A stretch of DNA of 64,000 bases from Octopus vulgaris (GCA_951406725.2 OX597821.1:66898001-66962000), one strand, 5' to 3'. Numbered from the stretch's first letter, positions 1 through 14,285 are shown. Made by a program: numbers and translations. Notes: generated by a model not told the origin, from the letters alone.

Positions 1-643
1 AATGAGTTTTGAAAATAGCGTCACTGAATTTGCAAACAAGTCTCTCTCTTCCTAGAAGTTATAATGCTCCATTAGCTCCAAAAAGCATTAGTAGCGCCAT
101 CTATGATCAGTCAATACTAATTTTAAAAACAATTTGGTAAGATTAAAGTCGTTCCTGCGACTTTCAAGGAAAAAATAATGACACAAGTAGTACCTATTTG
201 ACGTCAATGAAGGGTTATGCAACCAGTGCGTCGGCACGAAAAGAGCTGAATAATGATGATCGGCAATCGATGATAATTACCAATATGTTTATGCATATGT
301 TTTTTATATTCTACAGTAATGTAGCTTGGTTTTTGGCCACCTAGTGCAGTTCGCATATCCTACACAACACAGCCTAATCCACACACATCTTTTTTGTAAA
401 TGCAGGATAACTTATGAAATGCCATCAAAAACACAATTGCAGCTGCGTATCTAGAATGACACAAGTTACATCAACTTGCGACCAGTGGTTAGGGGGTTAC
501 GTTCCCGATCGTGTGTTGTTTGCTCATGCAGAATAATCCATTTTACGTTGCTCAACAGTAACTGAGTTCCAACAACAGCTAATGAATCAATCCTGCAACG
601 GACTGGCGTTCAGTTCAGAGGGAAGTGATAATTACCCTCACAT

Positions 644-1033
644 ATATTCTATAAAACCGAGCTATGCTCCGAACGTGAGATATCTTGAGATTTTAAGAGA
701 CTTGGGTCTAAATCAAAGGAAATCGTTCGGGGAAAAATTGCCTGCTATTTGTAGCAAGTCGAAGGGAATATCTAGTTGTTTCTGCTTCGATTCATATCCA
801 CCTAGAAAATATGGATCGATATTGTTTTAAAGAGTGCGATGATATTCCATAAAACCGAGCTATGCTCCGAACGTGAGATATCTTGGGATTTTAAGAGACT
901 TGGGTCTAAATCAAAGGAAATCGTTCGGGGGAAAATTGCCTGCTATTTGTAGCAAGTCGAAGGGAATATCTAGCGGTTTCTGCTTCGACTCGTATCCACG
1001 TAGAACATATGGATCGATATTGTTTTAAAGAGT
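644..1033. repeat. Two-copy tandem duplication, period 198 bp
   Basis: ATAAAACCGAGCTATGCTCCGAACGTGAGA starts at 651 and again at 849; the copies stay co-linear to GATATTGTTTTAAAGAGT with only scattered substitutions. Confidence 0.95.
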
Positions 1034-1583
1034 ACGGTTACGCAAGCCAACATGATGATGGTAGTACCATCGCAAGAAATGCGTCTACATTTTAATGACT
1101 CACATCACCATTGTCGACTGGATTTGAAAATCGATCTTAAAAACCTTATATTCAATGTCATGTCATCAACACTACAACCACCATAAACCATCCAGCACCA
1201 CTGCCAGCTTCATAAATCTATATCCTATACTGTCATCAGCACCGCAACATCTACCACATTTACCGCCACCTTTACAAGTAGCATAAGCATGGCACTGTCA
1301 TCATCAACGTTGTCACCGCTGTTCCCACGACAACTATCAGCACCTTCGCAGCTACCCCTATCTTTACAACCTCTACAGCCACCCTTACTTCCACTACCAC
1401 ATCAACCAGCACCGTCGCTGCTTTTACAACCTTTTCTTATTATTATTTATAATACATTATTTATAATCTACTCGATCGGGGATAAATTGAAGATAGATCA
1501 GGATTTGAACTCAAGGGATGCGGTTATTTCAAATTTTATACATAATCTATAATGACAGCAATAATATTAATATCTTACTATTG

Positions 1584-1775
1584 GAAGATAGCGAGCTGGC
1601 AGAAATGTTAGCACGCCGGGCGAAATGCTTAGCGGTATTTCCTCTGCCGCTACGATTTGAGTTCAAATTCCGCCGAGGTAGACTTTACCTTTCATAATTT
1701 CGGGATCGATAAATCATGTACCAATTACGTACTGGGGTCGATCTGAAATTTCAGGCCTTGTGCTTAAAATAGAAA
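1584..1775 (+). mobile_element. tRNA-derived SINE, family A
   Basis: Head GCGAGCTGGCAGAAATGTTAGCACGCCGGGCGAAATGCTTAGCGG, B-box-like GAGTTCAAATTC, body GACTTTACCTTTCAT; homologous to 2571-2800. Confidence 0.85.
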
Positions 1776-2292
1776 TTAATATCATTTTGGAGAGTCGACA
1801 AAATCATTATCGTGCCGAACAAATTGCATAATAGCATTTCTTTCGGCCTATTTACTGAGTGCAAATGCCGCCGAGTTTGTCTTAAAATCCTTTTATCGTC
1901 GACAAAATATATAGACGTTGCGCTCTAATTTTTTTGTAATAAACCTTACCTAGTCTCAAAAATTGCTGGCGTTAAGTAACAGCAATATTATGAAAAATAA
2001 TTTATATATATTAGATAATAATAATAATGATATAACATTTAAAATAGCTATAATAATAATATAACATTTAAAATGGCTATGAATGAAAACAACATTAAGG
2101 CTCTCTGAGCAGAATTTCGCTCCTTTCCTTCCACCCAGATGCTAATTTAAAAAATATTTTTAGATCTTTCAGTTTCGAAGAGGTTTTGTTGAAATTGTGA
2201 ACGATTCAAAAGTTGAACGAAATATACAGCAAGACATAGAATTAACAATCGTATTTGAAATTGGCAAATACTACGTAACTGTTACGCAATAA

Positions 2293-2927
2293 ATCCTTTC
2301 TACTATAGACACAAGGCCTGAAATGTGATGGGAGGGGAGCAGTCTATTAGATTTACTCCAGTGCGCAACTCGTACTTAATTTATCGACCCCGAAAAGATG
2401 AAAAGCAAAGTCGACCTCGGCAGAATTTGAACTCAGAAAGTAAAGACTGCCTAAATACCTATTTCTTTACTACCCACAAGGAGCTAAATACAGAGAGGAC
2501 AAACAAGGACAGACAAACGGATTAAGTCGACTATATCGACCCCAGTGCGTAACTGGTACTTATTTAAAAAGGCGGCGAGCTGGCAGAAACGTTAGCACGC
2601 CGGGCGAAATGCTTAGCGGTATTTCGTCTGCGTTACGTTGTGAGTTCAAATTCCGCCGAGGTCGACTTTGCCTTTCATCCTTTCGGGGTCGATAAATTAA
2701 GTACCAGTTAAGCACTGGGGTCGATGTAATCGACTTAATACCTATGTCTGTCCTTGTTTGTCCCCTCTGTGTTTAGCCCCTTGTGGGTAATAAAGAAATA
2801 GGTACTTATTTAATCGACCCCGAAAGGATGAAAGGCAAAGTCGACCTCAGTGGTATTTGAACTCAGAACGAAATACTGCTAAGCATTTCGCCCGGCGTGC
2901 TAGCTTTTCTGCCAGCTCGCCACAAAT
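2293..2927 (-). mobile_element. Dimeric family-A SINE with a nested full-length copy
   Basis: Flanking direct repeat ACTGTTACGCAATAA at 2278-2292 and 2928-2942; two SINE bodies but one head on the minus strand. Confidence 0.85.
2571..2800 (+). mobile_element. Full-length family-A SINE nested in an antisense family-A SINE
   Basis: GGCGGCGAGCTGGCAGAAACG...TAATAAAGAAATA; 13-bp TSD GGTACTTATTTAA at 2555-2567 and 2801-2813. Confidence 0.92.
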
Positions 2928-4292
2928 ACTGTTACGCAATAATGAAGCTGGAAATGACGTTATAATCAAGTTACCAACTACCAGTCACTACTAACGAGGA
3001 AATCCTGTGTGTACACTGTAGTTTTTGACATGCTAGAAAAAGCAGGAATAAAAAAAAATATTGGAACAAATACGGCGCGACATTTTAACAGCTGCCATAA
3101 CGGTTCAGCCAATTCGCCGTCTTCCTGTCACAGTTATGGTGGAGTAATAATCAGAAAGGAAATATCTCGTATACTAAAGACATTTCAAGTATTCTCAAGT
3201 TCTCTCTTATTGTCTCTCTCACCCCTTCCTCTGTTACTTTATGTTTGCCAGTTTGTCGCTCATCTCTCTCCTTCATTCTCTCTCTCTCGCTTTCTGCCTC
3301 TCTTTTTCAAACACTTTCTCTCCGCCTCCTTCTCCAGTATCTCGACAAGTTGCTTTTTATTAGTTAAGGACATGGTTTGTCATTGTAATTGTTGCTGCTG
3401 TTGATGATGTCAACGTTATAGCTGTAGTTGTTTTGCACCATTTCAACTCTTTTTGCGCAGAGTTAAAATGAAATGCATTCAGAATACACCCATTCTGAGG
3501 TCTCTCTTTTAGTATTTTTTTATAGATGATGTGCTCTTAACATATTCACACTTCAAGTAGAACACAAATCTGGAAATTATATTTTAAAAATAATTTGACG
3601 AGTGTAATATCAGGGAAACTGCAGTTTTTACTCTGTCAAGCATAGAAGCGTAGCGAATATACAGCGAGCTTCTTTCGGTGCCCATGTGAACCAGAGGAGG
3701 GTGTGCCAAATTGTTAATGCGTATACAAACCCAATGACTGTAGTTTCAATACTAATCAAATGGCAGTGTATAGTCATCTTCATTGAGTGGCCGTATGAAC
3801 GTTCCAAAAGGTGGAATAAATAATAGTTTAAAATATTAGCTACAGACCTTCAGTGACACCACTTCAAATTAAAACCTGTTGTCACAAAAATAGTCACACT
3901 AAGCATATCGTCCCAGGTACTTTATATATGAAGAAACATATGTGGTATCATGTATAGGACATCTTCTATCACAGGTGTGTCGGGTCGAAGTATAACTTTG
4001 GTTAACGAATAACAAAGCGAGCAACAGAAAAACAGGAATGTTCACAATCTAACCGACATTTGAGCTCTTTCATCTGAATTTTATGGTTTCGTCCTGCTGC
4101 ACAGTAGAATTTTCTGTTTTAGGTGGCTTTAATATAAAATGATTCTAGTTGAAATTATGATCGATTTGACATGGTATAGAAGTAACAATACTGTCTGAGA
4201 AGGAGAAACTATGTCAGCTTTTGCTGAACAGCTTAACTGTGACATAATGATGATGTCATTACAGGTATCGTCATAATTCAGTTACCAGCAAT

Positions 4293-4345
4293 GAATCCCC
4301 ATCAACAAAGGGACAACTTCGGAATCCCCATCAACAAAGGGACAA
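4293..4345. repeat. Short tandem duplication, period 29 bp
   Basis: GAATCCCCATCAACAAAGGGACAA at 4293 and 4322. Confidence 0.9.
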
Positions 4346-4750
4346 ATCAGGATAGCGTTGCATGCTAATAATACCAGTCTAATCTGATTCTAATCTCGTC
4401 TTAGAATATAAAGACAGTGGATAATGTCCGAAGAATTGGACGATAGTGCCATCACATTTTACTTCTATCAAGTTGATGATAGAATTTTGAGGGAGGAGAA
4501 GAAACAAACAAGTAGCAGAAACGTTCAATGTTCGAATTTAAAAGCTCTGAAATTATAGATATCCTTTTCCTTGGGGTCATGTGTTTCAAATTTATTGGGT
4601 CTCCATCTGTTTGTGCAATTCATTGTAGTGCTTATGGTGACGACGACTTTGGATTAGGGTTGTAATCATCAATTACGTTTCCTCAAAGTTGTAGGATTTA
4701 GTACCTACATTAGAATGATCATGGTTATATACGAAGTTATATAAAAAAAA

Positions 4751-4923
4751 GGGGTGCGGAAAAGTTCCTGGCTTTGAGGAAGGCTTGATTGGAGGCCCAA
4801 ACTTCAGAGTTCTTTTAAAGGACTTAGAAAAACTGAGTAAATGTGTGAATCTGAAAGGGGGAAGAATATGATGGATAAAATCCTAATTAAGTCATCCTCC
4901 TATATTTTTTTTGCCTAAAGCCA
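4751..4923 (+). mobile_element. Degenerate non-autonomous mariner-like relic
   Basis: TIR-like GGGGTGCGGAAAAGTTCCTGGCTTTG, partial complementary end TAAAGCCA, and an internal remnant resembling a mariner C-terminus (GLRK..KCVNLKG). Confidence 0.5.
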
Positions 4924-4929
4924 TATCTA

Positions 4930-5037
<108 letters not shown>

Positions 5038-5196
5038 GGCGTTGCTGTGTGGTGAGAAGCTTGTTTCCTTACAACATGTTTCCAGTTTCAACCCCACTGC
5101 GTGGGATCTTGGTGACTGTCTTTTACTATATCGTCGGGTCGACCATAGCCTTGTTAGTGGATTTGTTAGACAGAAACTGAAAGAATCCTGTCTATA
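5038..5196 (+). mobile_element. Family-B SINE, 5' module only
   Basis: Homologous to the head module at 26571-26712. Confidence 0.8.
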
Positions 5197-5448
5197 TAGG
5201 ATAACGGGTAGTGACTCGCTTCGATCATGCATCTAGAAAGCTCCTCTCCACGGCACAAGTCGGGGCAAACTTGTTTATGGAAGACCTGCAGAATGAAAGA
5301 GACCTGGATCTTATGTAAATATAGGAATGTATCTGTAAATATACCGAATAAATTTTCACCTTATATATATATAACCAGAATAAGCAACAAGGATATCCAG
5401 AGGTATTTATCTGTATTATTGCGTCATAATTTATTTAAGCTAGAAATT

Positions 5449-5577
<129 letters not shown>

Positions 5578-6076
5578 ACACACAAACATTAAAGTATTGA
5601 TTATTGTAGATATCAGAAAAATTTCTAATGCTTTCTATTGTGTAAATCTGTGTGTGTGTGTGTTGTGTTCTTGGTATTTAGTAACAGATCCATTCCAAAT
5701 GTGTAGACTTATGATCAAAGACGTTTTAACCGTAACCAGCTGGTCACGTTAATGGAATTTAGGAGTGCATTATTTAATATGACATTTTCTTTTTGAAGTG
5801 ATTTCACTGCGACTGAGTTACCAACTCTCACAAATCGAACAACAATATCGAGTCACTTTCATTTGCTTACAAATTGTACGTTTGTTTACCTGTATGTAAT
5901 TATCAGTGTGTGTGTGTGTGTATACGTGTGTGTGTGTGTGTGTGTGTGTGTGAGTTTGTGTGTTTGCATGAGTTCATCACGAAAAATTCTGTGCTTGTAT
6001 GTATCTGCTTTCATAAGGCCGCATATGAGTGATTGTGTTCGGGCAACTATTGCGCCTGTTCATTTGCTGCTAAATA

Positions 6077-6325
6077 CAGTAATCTCTCGACTATCGCGGG
6101 TGTTACGTTCCAAACCCCACGCGATAGGGGAAAATACGCGAAGTCGAAACAGTACTGTATATTTATTTTTTTATTATTTTTCATAATTAGCATATATTCA
6201 TTATGTCATAAATGAAAAACAACACATACGAAGGAATCGACGTAAGCTTAAATAATAAACCGCGATATGTGAACCGCGATATGTGAACCGCGATAGGTGA
6301 ACCGCAATATGGCGAGGGATTACTG
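6077..6325. mobile_element. pogo/Tigger-type MITE (Tc1/mariner superfamily)
   Basis: TA|CAGTAATCTCTCGACTATCGCGG ... CCGCAATATGGCGAGGGATTACTG|TA, i.e. TIRs with TA TSD; subterminal 14-bp tandem AACCGCGATATGTG. Confidence 0.85.
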
Positions 6326-7039
6326 TATTCGTTTCCTATCACTTCTCTAAGAGACATATTTTAATTAACAATTTTACGCATGCAATTTAGTATATCAAAT
6401 GCATGCCATTGACCTATTTCGGTTGTTTCCCTTTGCTTATTTTACAGTCTTACCTTTTATTTGCCTGCGTTCACTTCATTCTACAATAATACCTCTGTTT
6501 TTGCGGCTGAAGGTCATTGTTTCATTGGTTCTGTTTTGAGAACGATGCACGTACATAAAATCCTTTGTGTGATTTTGTATGCAAATATTTTGTTCTTTTC
6601 CGGTCACTAACACTGTGTTTCTTTACTTGATTGCTCGTTTATGCATTCAGTTGTCATACGGTGTGTGAATACTTGTGTGTATTTATGACTTTGTGCGTGT
6701 CTGCGTGTGCTTATAGTTCTGAAGAGATGTATCGGTAAGTGTGAATATGCGTGTTCACTATCGTATTCCTCATTATGATACTGGCTTTATGGTTTCCTTA
6801 GAAAACATTTATTTCGAAGTTACGAGAATGGAAGCAATGGTGTCAGCAAGAGGTGACGAACACAAAAGGTAAAAAACAAAAAGAGAAAGATATATTAGAT
6901 ACCAAAAAATATGAAAACAAATAGAAACAAAAATATAATCATTACTAAAGCAGTAATTTTTGTCTTTCTGTTAAGAAAAAAGGAGGAGAGAAGCAACGTC
7001 AGAATAATTTATATAATTCTACATTTATATAATTCTCTC

Positions 7040-7063
7040 TATATATACATATATGCATACATA

Positions 7064-7110
<47 letters not shown>

Positions 7111-7195
7111 CATATATACACACAAATATATATATATATATTATATACATATATATATATACATACAAATATATATATATATATTATATATATAT

Positions 7196-7227
<32 letters not shown>

Positions 7228-7345
7228 TACATATATATGCATACATATATATACACACAAATATATATATACATATATATATATATACATATATATATAC
7301 ATACAAATATATATATTATATACATATATATATATATATATACAT

Positions 7346-7404
<59 letters not shown>

Positions 7405-7412
7405 CATGTATA

Positions 7413-7462
<50 letters not shown>
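7040..7462. repeat. Compound (TA)n/(CA)n microsatellite
   Basis: Direct reading. Confidence 0.95.
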
Positions 7463-7734
7463 AACACTGAATTCCATGAAAAAATATTAAACAAAAAGCA
7501 TTTCTGAAACCATTTAATTGTCTGTGCCAAATGTCAAGTGACATCCTTGTTTTATTTATTTCATTATATTTCTTTCTAAAAGAGTCATCGACCAATAAAC
7601 CTCAGGAAAGGAATAAAATTTCGGAAAAGGAAAAACCAGTTTCGAATCTTAACAGTCGATGAGAAACCCATAAAGCGTATTATGAGATATATCTGTTGTA
7701 GCTTGACATAATTGTGCTTGATTTCCTGGCTGTT

Positions 7735-7812
<78 letters not shown>
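7735..7812. repeat. (GCA)n(GTA)n trinucleotide microsatellite
   Basis: Direct reading. Confidence 0.95.
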
Positions 7813-7813
<1 letters not shown>

Positions 7814-8259
7814 AGGTGGTGGTGTTGGATCTTAGCTCTCTTCATTTGGAAGTCATCGTTATGATGTCACTTCTATATCTTTGTTGTCTTGCTTAATGTT
7901 ACTTCATTTTTATACTGTTCTATTCTATATAGGAATTGTGGCTGTAGATATGGTAGAGGTTTTCTTGGTAGCAAAAAACAAGATTGATTCGCACATAACT
8001 GGGACACAATGCTGATGTTCCTCTTGCGGCAACTAGTCATATTTGCTCATTAATCAAGATGCACTCGTAGAAAACGTGCAATCTATGCTCCTTCCATTTG
8101 CTGAATTTTGTTCAGCCTATCGACGGCATGATTCTTTATAATAAGCTGTTGCTTAACACCAAAAGGAAGATCGATAGCACAGACCTTATACTACAAGACA
8201 TCCCAGAGCTTACCACCTACACGCATCTAAGACTGCATTCATCAAATTTTTTACAGTTG

Positions 8260-8465
8260 TAAGGCAGCGAACTGGCTGAACCGATTGCGAACAAAATGTT
8301 TAGCAGCGTTTCGCCTCTCTGTATTCTGAGTTCAAATTTCGCCCAGGTAGACTTTTCTTTTTATTCTTTCGGGGTTGATAATACAAGTACCAGTTGAATG
8401 CTGGGATCGAAGTAATCAATTAACCCAACCGGAAATATTGTCGATAGTGTGGCAAAATTTCAAAT
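8260..8465 (+). mobile_element. Diverged family-A SINE
   Basis: AAGGCAGCGAACTGGCTGAA...TTCTGAGTTCAAATT...CAAGTACCAGTTG. Confidence 0.7.
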
Positions 8466-8568
8466 CACTATTTCTAAGGCAGATGCTGTTATTTGTGGCA
8501 CATTTGGATACTAATTCTAGGAGGTCGAATGTGAGGGTATGTAATATTATTTTGAATGCAAACCAAAT

Positions 8569-8632
<64 letters not shown>

Positions 8633-8678
8633 TAATAATAATAATAATAAAAATAAAGACAATGATAGTAATAATAAT

Positions 8679-9341
<663 letters not shown>

Positions 9342-9389
9342 ATGATGATGATGATGATGATGATAATAATAATAACAATAATAATAATA

Positions 9390-9439
<50 letters not shown>

Positions 9440-10200
9440 AATAATAATAATAATAACCATAATAAAGCAAAAAGAAGACAAATAAATAGAAGAAAATTAT
9501 ACAAAATAACACACAAGAACAAAGTTGAAATAGAAAAAACCCCAGCATTAACAAGAAGACTAATAAGAAATAGTAACTATGATAAGAAGCGGCTAAAGTC
9601 AAGATAAAAACTTCAACAATGACATCAAATAATTTTTTCAAAATTAATTTCAAACATTTAGCTAACAAAATGGTGGCGACAATCAACATAAAGATGGTAT
9701 TGATGATGATGATGAGGATGATGATAATGAAGTGGAAGAGAGGGAAAATAACCATAATTGTAACGGTGGTGATGGTGGTGGTGGTGGTGTGGTGGTCCTG
9801 ATGATGATGATAATGGTGATGATGATGATGATTATGATTGAGTTGATCGTGACAACGAATGTTGATGACGACGATGATGGATCACTGAATTACTGCTTAA
9901 TTGTTAATCAAATCGTTTTTAATTTTTCCCACCTCTTTACCACCTGAACCAAAAACCACGACGACGACGACCACCACCACCACCACCTTTGCCACCATCA
10001 TCATCCTCATCACCACCAGCACAACCAACATCACGAAGAGCATCATTATCGTCATCACCACCAACAGGACCATACTGTCTCCAACATCAACATCATCATC
10101 ATCATCATCAACATCATCAGCATCATCATCATCATCTTTATCATCGTGACAAACACCACCACCACATGTCCACCACCAATGCCCCACGTGACAGCAGCAG
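9342..10200. repeat. Low-complexity trinucleotide mosaic (ATG/AAT/GTG, then ACC/ATC)
   Basis: Direct reading; explains the poly-M/D/H/T/S ORFs. Confidence 0.9.
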
Positions 10201-10543
10201 TAATAATTACAGTCAAACAATGGTGATAAGGAAAATATAAAATACAACAATAGTTGCGGAAAATCATTGGTTGGTCGATTCTTAATCGATATTGATTACT
10301 TAATTATCTGTATTTGGCATTAACTGGTCTATAGTTCAATGAAATAGCGTTGGCTGAGATCATTGCGCATAACGTGCTTAATTTGCATGATTCTTATTTT
10401 CTCCTATCATCCGACCTCCATCCATGTTTTTGCCTAGTCGCATTCTCCACTCTCTCTTTCTTTTCCTCTGTAAGCAAATAAAACACATGAGTGCACATAT
10501 ATACTTGCATACACACACAAATATTTCTCACTCTCTCTCTCTC

Positions 10544-10799
<256 letters not shown>

Positions 10800-11099
10800 T
10801 TTAAATAAAAACCTTTGATTCTACAACACTGTGTATAAATTCTGTACTTGGAAAGACCAATCTTGAATACCGTTGCATCTTACTCATAAGGTTTTGGAAT
10901 CTTACATTCTGTATAAACTCTATATTTGGAATGAACAATTTTAAATCCTGTTGGATTTTTCTCATAAGGTATTGGAATCTTACATATATACCATTCTGCC
11001 TAAAAAATGGATCTATAAATTCAATATCACTACACATCTCACATCTACCTTCTTTCCTCCACCTCACTCTCTATTTTGTATCCCATCTAAATTAAGTAT

Positions 11100-11230
11100 T
11101 ACTTAACCATCCTCTCACACCGTCTCCGATGGAGGTATATAATTACTAAATATCATGGACACGGCTGTAAGGTCTATCTATAAATGTTCTATCTACACAC
11201 CCTTGGTTTTTTATCTCATTACGCAATAAA
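11100..11230 (+). mobile_element. Degenerate copy of the hammerhead-bearing module at 41330-41465
   Basis: CTTAACCATCCTCTCACACCGTCTCCGATG...GGCTGTAAGGTCT is the reverse-complement homologue of 41350-41461. Confidence 0.75.
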
Positions 11231-11237
11231 ACTCTCC

Positions 11238-11308
<71 letters not shown>

Positions 11309-12696
11309 TATCAAAAAGAGAAGAAGTAAGAGAGATAATTAATAAATTATTATTTATTAATTAAAACAGTGACGTCTCTTACAGCTTTCTTAATACTAAA
11401 CCTTCAGTAAATTAATTAATATAATTAAAAATTATTTGAAAGTCGAATCTCGTCAGAGGTAGTTTAAGATATAGAAAATAGGTGTTCAATTCCTGAATGT
11501 TGAGTATACGGCTGCAAACCGTATATGCATATATGGATGAAGATATTTAAAGAAGCGTAAAAAATTACGAAGATAAACCAAAGTCTGTTTCTGATCTGCT
11601 GCATGCATTTGAATACAAAGAATTTCTTCTTTTCTTTTCGATCTCAACATATGTGGATGCAAGATGGCCGTATTTTTACGCTGAATATATAAAGGAACAA
11701 TGTCTTTATCACTTGTTTACAGCTTATAAATTTCAAGGGCTAGTAATAGGCATAGAAATTCCTGGTGCCTGGTTTTGGAGATGATCAACTTCGTAAGTCT
11801 GAAAGGAAGGCTTTGAATTGAGAGAGTCAAAAAACACAAGATTCTAAAAACGGTACTCTTTGACCAAGATATTGTGTGCAAACAAAACAAACGGTGAGGG
11901 CTGTTAAATCAACACGATGTGAAGTGCTGAACGATGGAAAAAAGAGTTTTGAGAAGAAACAAGTAAAAGCACGTCTTGTCTTTAGGGAGGAAGTGGAAGA
12001 AAGAGAGAATGGCCTTTAGTGACGTGTGAGCAACGGGAGAGTCAAGGAGGAAGAGTGAGAGAGAAAGAGAACGGTAAAAGGGAGAGGAGAGGAATAGGGA
12101 ATGTGTGGGAGAGAAAAACAAAAAGGAAGAAGAACAAGAGAGGGAGATAGATAGACAGAAAAGAGATAGAATAAGAGTATGCATCGTAAGCATTAAGATA
12201 AATCTTACTTGGAAAAGGATGCGTGGCGTTCGATTATATAATAATATAAATGATATATAAATATATGCATATATACATACATATGTGTATATACCTACAA
12301 ATATATGTATATATGCATACGTATATGGGTACAGGACATAATAAAGAACGTGGACAGAATGAGAAACGAGAACATAAATGACAAAAACATAGAAAACGAA
12401 CTTTTTTCGAACAACGAAAAAACACAGAGAAATGAGACATGCAACATAAAGAATATTCCCTTCATCAGTTTTCTCCTGTTTTATCTACTCAGCGTTTCGA
12501 AGGTAAGTACAAGACGCGACTTCGTTAAAACAGTCCTTCCCTCAAAGCAAATTACATAAAATTTGGGATATTTTGCGGAGGGCGAAAGTGGTAACAAAAA
12601 CAGGACAGTGACACAGTTAAAATAAGAAACGAAAAAATTAATATGGGGATATGGGAGTTAACAATTATCTAATATTAACGAATTTGTCATCTTCGC

Positions 12697-12767
12697 TTCT
12701 TACAACCGTTTCAATGAAAACTCAAAAATTTGGATTTGTGTGACATGAGCATAATTTCATCAGAGAA
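12697..12767 (-). ncRNA. Putative minimal type-I hammerhead ribozyme
   Basis: Minus strand TTCT-CTGATGA-[imperfect stem II with CTCA/TGAG]-GAAA-CGGTTG-TA-AGAA; stem I TTCT/AGAA. Confidence 0.6.
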
Positions 12768-13053
12768 AAAAAAATACGCTTTGGAATGTTATATGTGGAC
12801 CTATCAGTTCACTTCAGCAGACTACATTTTGCGGTCTTTGATTAGTACTATTATTTGCTCGAGTGAAGGGGTCACAGATTGATTAGAATAATGCTTGGGA
12901 TAAAGAATAAAATAAGCTTAAAACAATAAATAAAATGAAATCGAAATGATCGAGGAATGATAGCATTTATCAACCTATGTAGTGTTGATTACTAATTCCA
13001 TGTATGTATCCATGTATGTATATACGTACGTATTCATGCACATATACATATAT

Positions 13054-13123
<70 letters not shown>

Positions 13124-13303
13124 TTAACAAATGCAATAAGTATAAAAATGTGCATTGTCCGTTTAAGCAAAAATTCTATATGTAGCTGAAGATTGCTCGA
13201 CATTTTAAAACTGATGTAATACTTGCAGTGTTTAATAAAAGGAAGTACCATCAAACGATTGTACTACACTACTTTGGATATCCTTGTTGCTTATTTTGAG
13301 TGT

Positions 13304-13351
<48 letters not shown>

Positions 13352-13613
13352 CACATATGTGTATATACATACGCACCCGCACCCACACACAGTTGAATAA
13401 AGTTACAGCATGCTCTGGTTTTCACGTCTTTTATTATTGTAATTTAAAACCAATTAACTTGGAGTTTACATGTAATGGCCTCATGAGTGAGCGAAGGTAA
13501 GTGATTTCGGTCGTTTTTATTTCAATCGGTGGGAGTCTTCTGTAATTTGTCTATATTCATATGTTAAAGATATTTTAAATCCCCATCATTAACTGGCTGT
13601 AATATTATTATTG

Positions 13614-13930
13614 TTACTTGCCGTTCAGAACAGGTTTGAATATTTTAATAAAACGTTTTTCTTTTATCTTTCTTCCAACCTCACTTGTGTCATGTAGTTA
13701 GTGGAAAGAGAAATTTTGAAACATCTTCTGATCATATGTTTCTATATGTTCGCTCAATGGAATTTGGTGACCATTACTGTTCCCGATTTGTTGTGTGTGG
13801 ACTCGTGAGCGTTCCGATAATGCACCCTCTGTCCCGCCAATATATAGTTCCTCGCAATTAGAGTATTTAATGCAGTAGATCGAGTTTCTGATTTTACAGT
13901 TCATAGCTACATTTGTGAAAATTTCTTCAT
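13614..13930 (-). pseudogene. Penelope-like element GIY-YIG endonuclease C-terminal fragment
   Basis: MNCKIRNSIYCIKYSNCEELYIGGT...LSERSRVHTQQI matches the PLE IYCI-x-C-xx-C-YIG-T-R-H pattern; ends FIKIFKPVLNGK* after a disruption. Confidence 0.85.
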
Positions 13931-14285
13931 TTTTTGTTCTAATTGGCTAAAATATTGGCGAGATCTATGCTGACTAGTCAAAACCATATTCCAAAAATTC
14001 AGTCTCTTGGAACCTTCTAAAATGTATAACAAGGAAGAAGGCAGTTATTTTAATACAGTTTTCAAGAGCTCAACTGTCAGTTGAATACATTTTGAATTCT
14101 GATGATTACTACGAGAGTATGAAAGCGCAAATTGAACTTAATGAACATTACAAAATATTTTTTAATATTTAACACACTTCAACATTGAAAACATTTTTTA
14201 AATACAATAATAAAGAACGTGAGAGCCAGACCATGCTGTAACTTTATTCAACAGATATTATTCTACCCACATTTACACAAATTCG

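Noticed and set aside
89-104. CTCF-like motif TAGTAGCGCCATCTAT
   Set aside because: A single short motif with no supporting context; cannot be supported from sequence alone
9700-10200. Large hairpin between the (ATG/GTG)-rich and (CAT/CAC)-rich tracts
   Set aside because: The complementarity is only low-complexity; no unique-sequence arm alignment was seen
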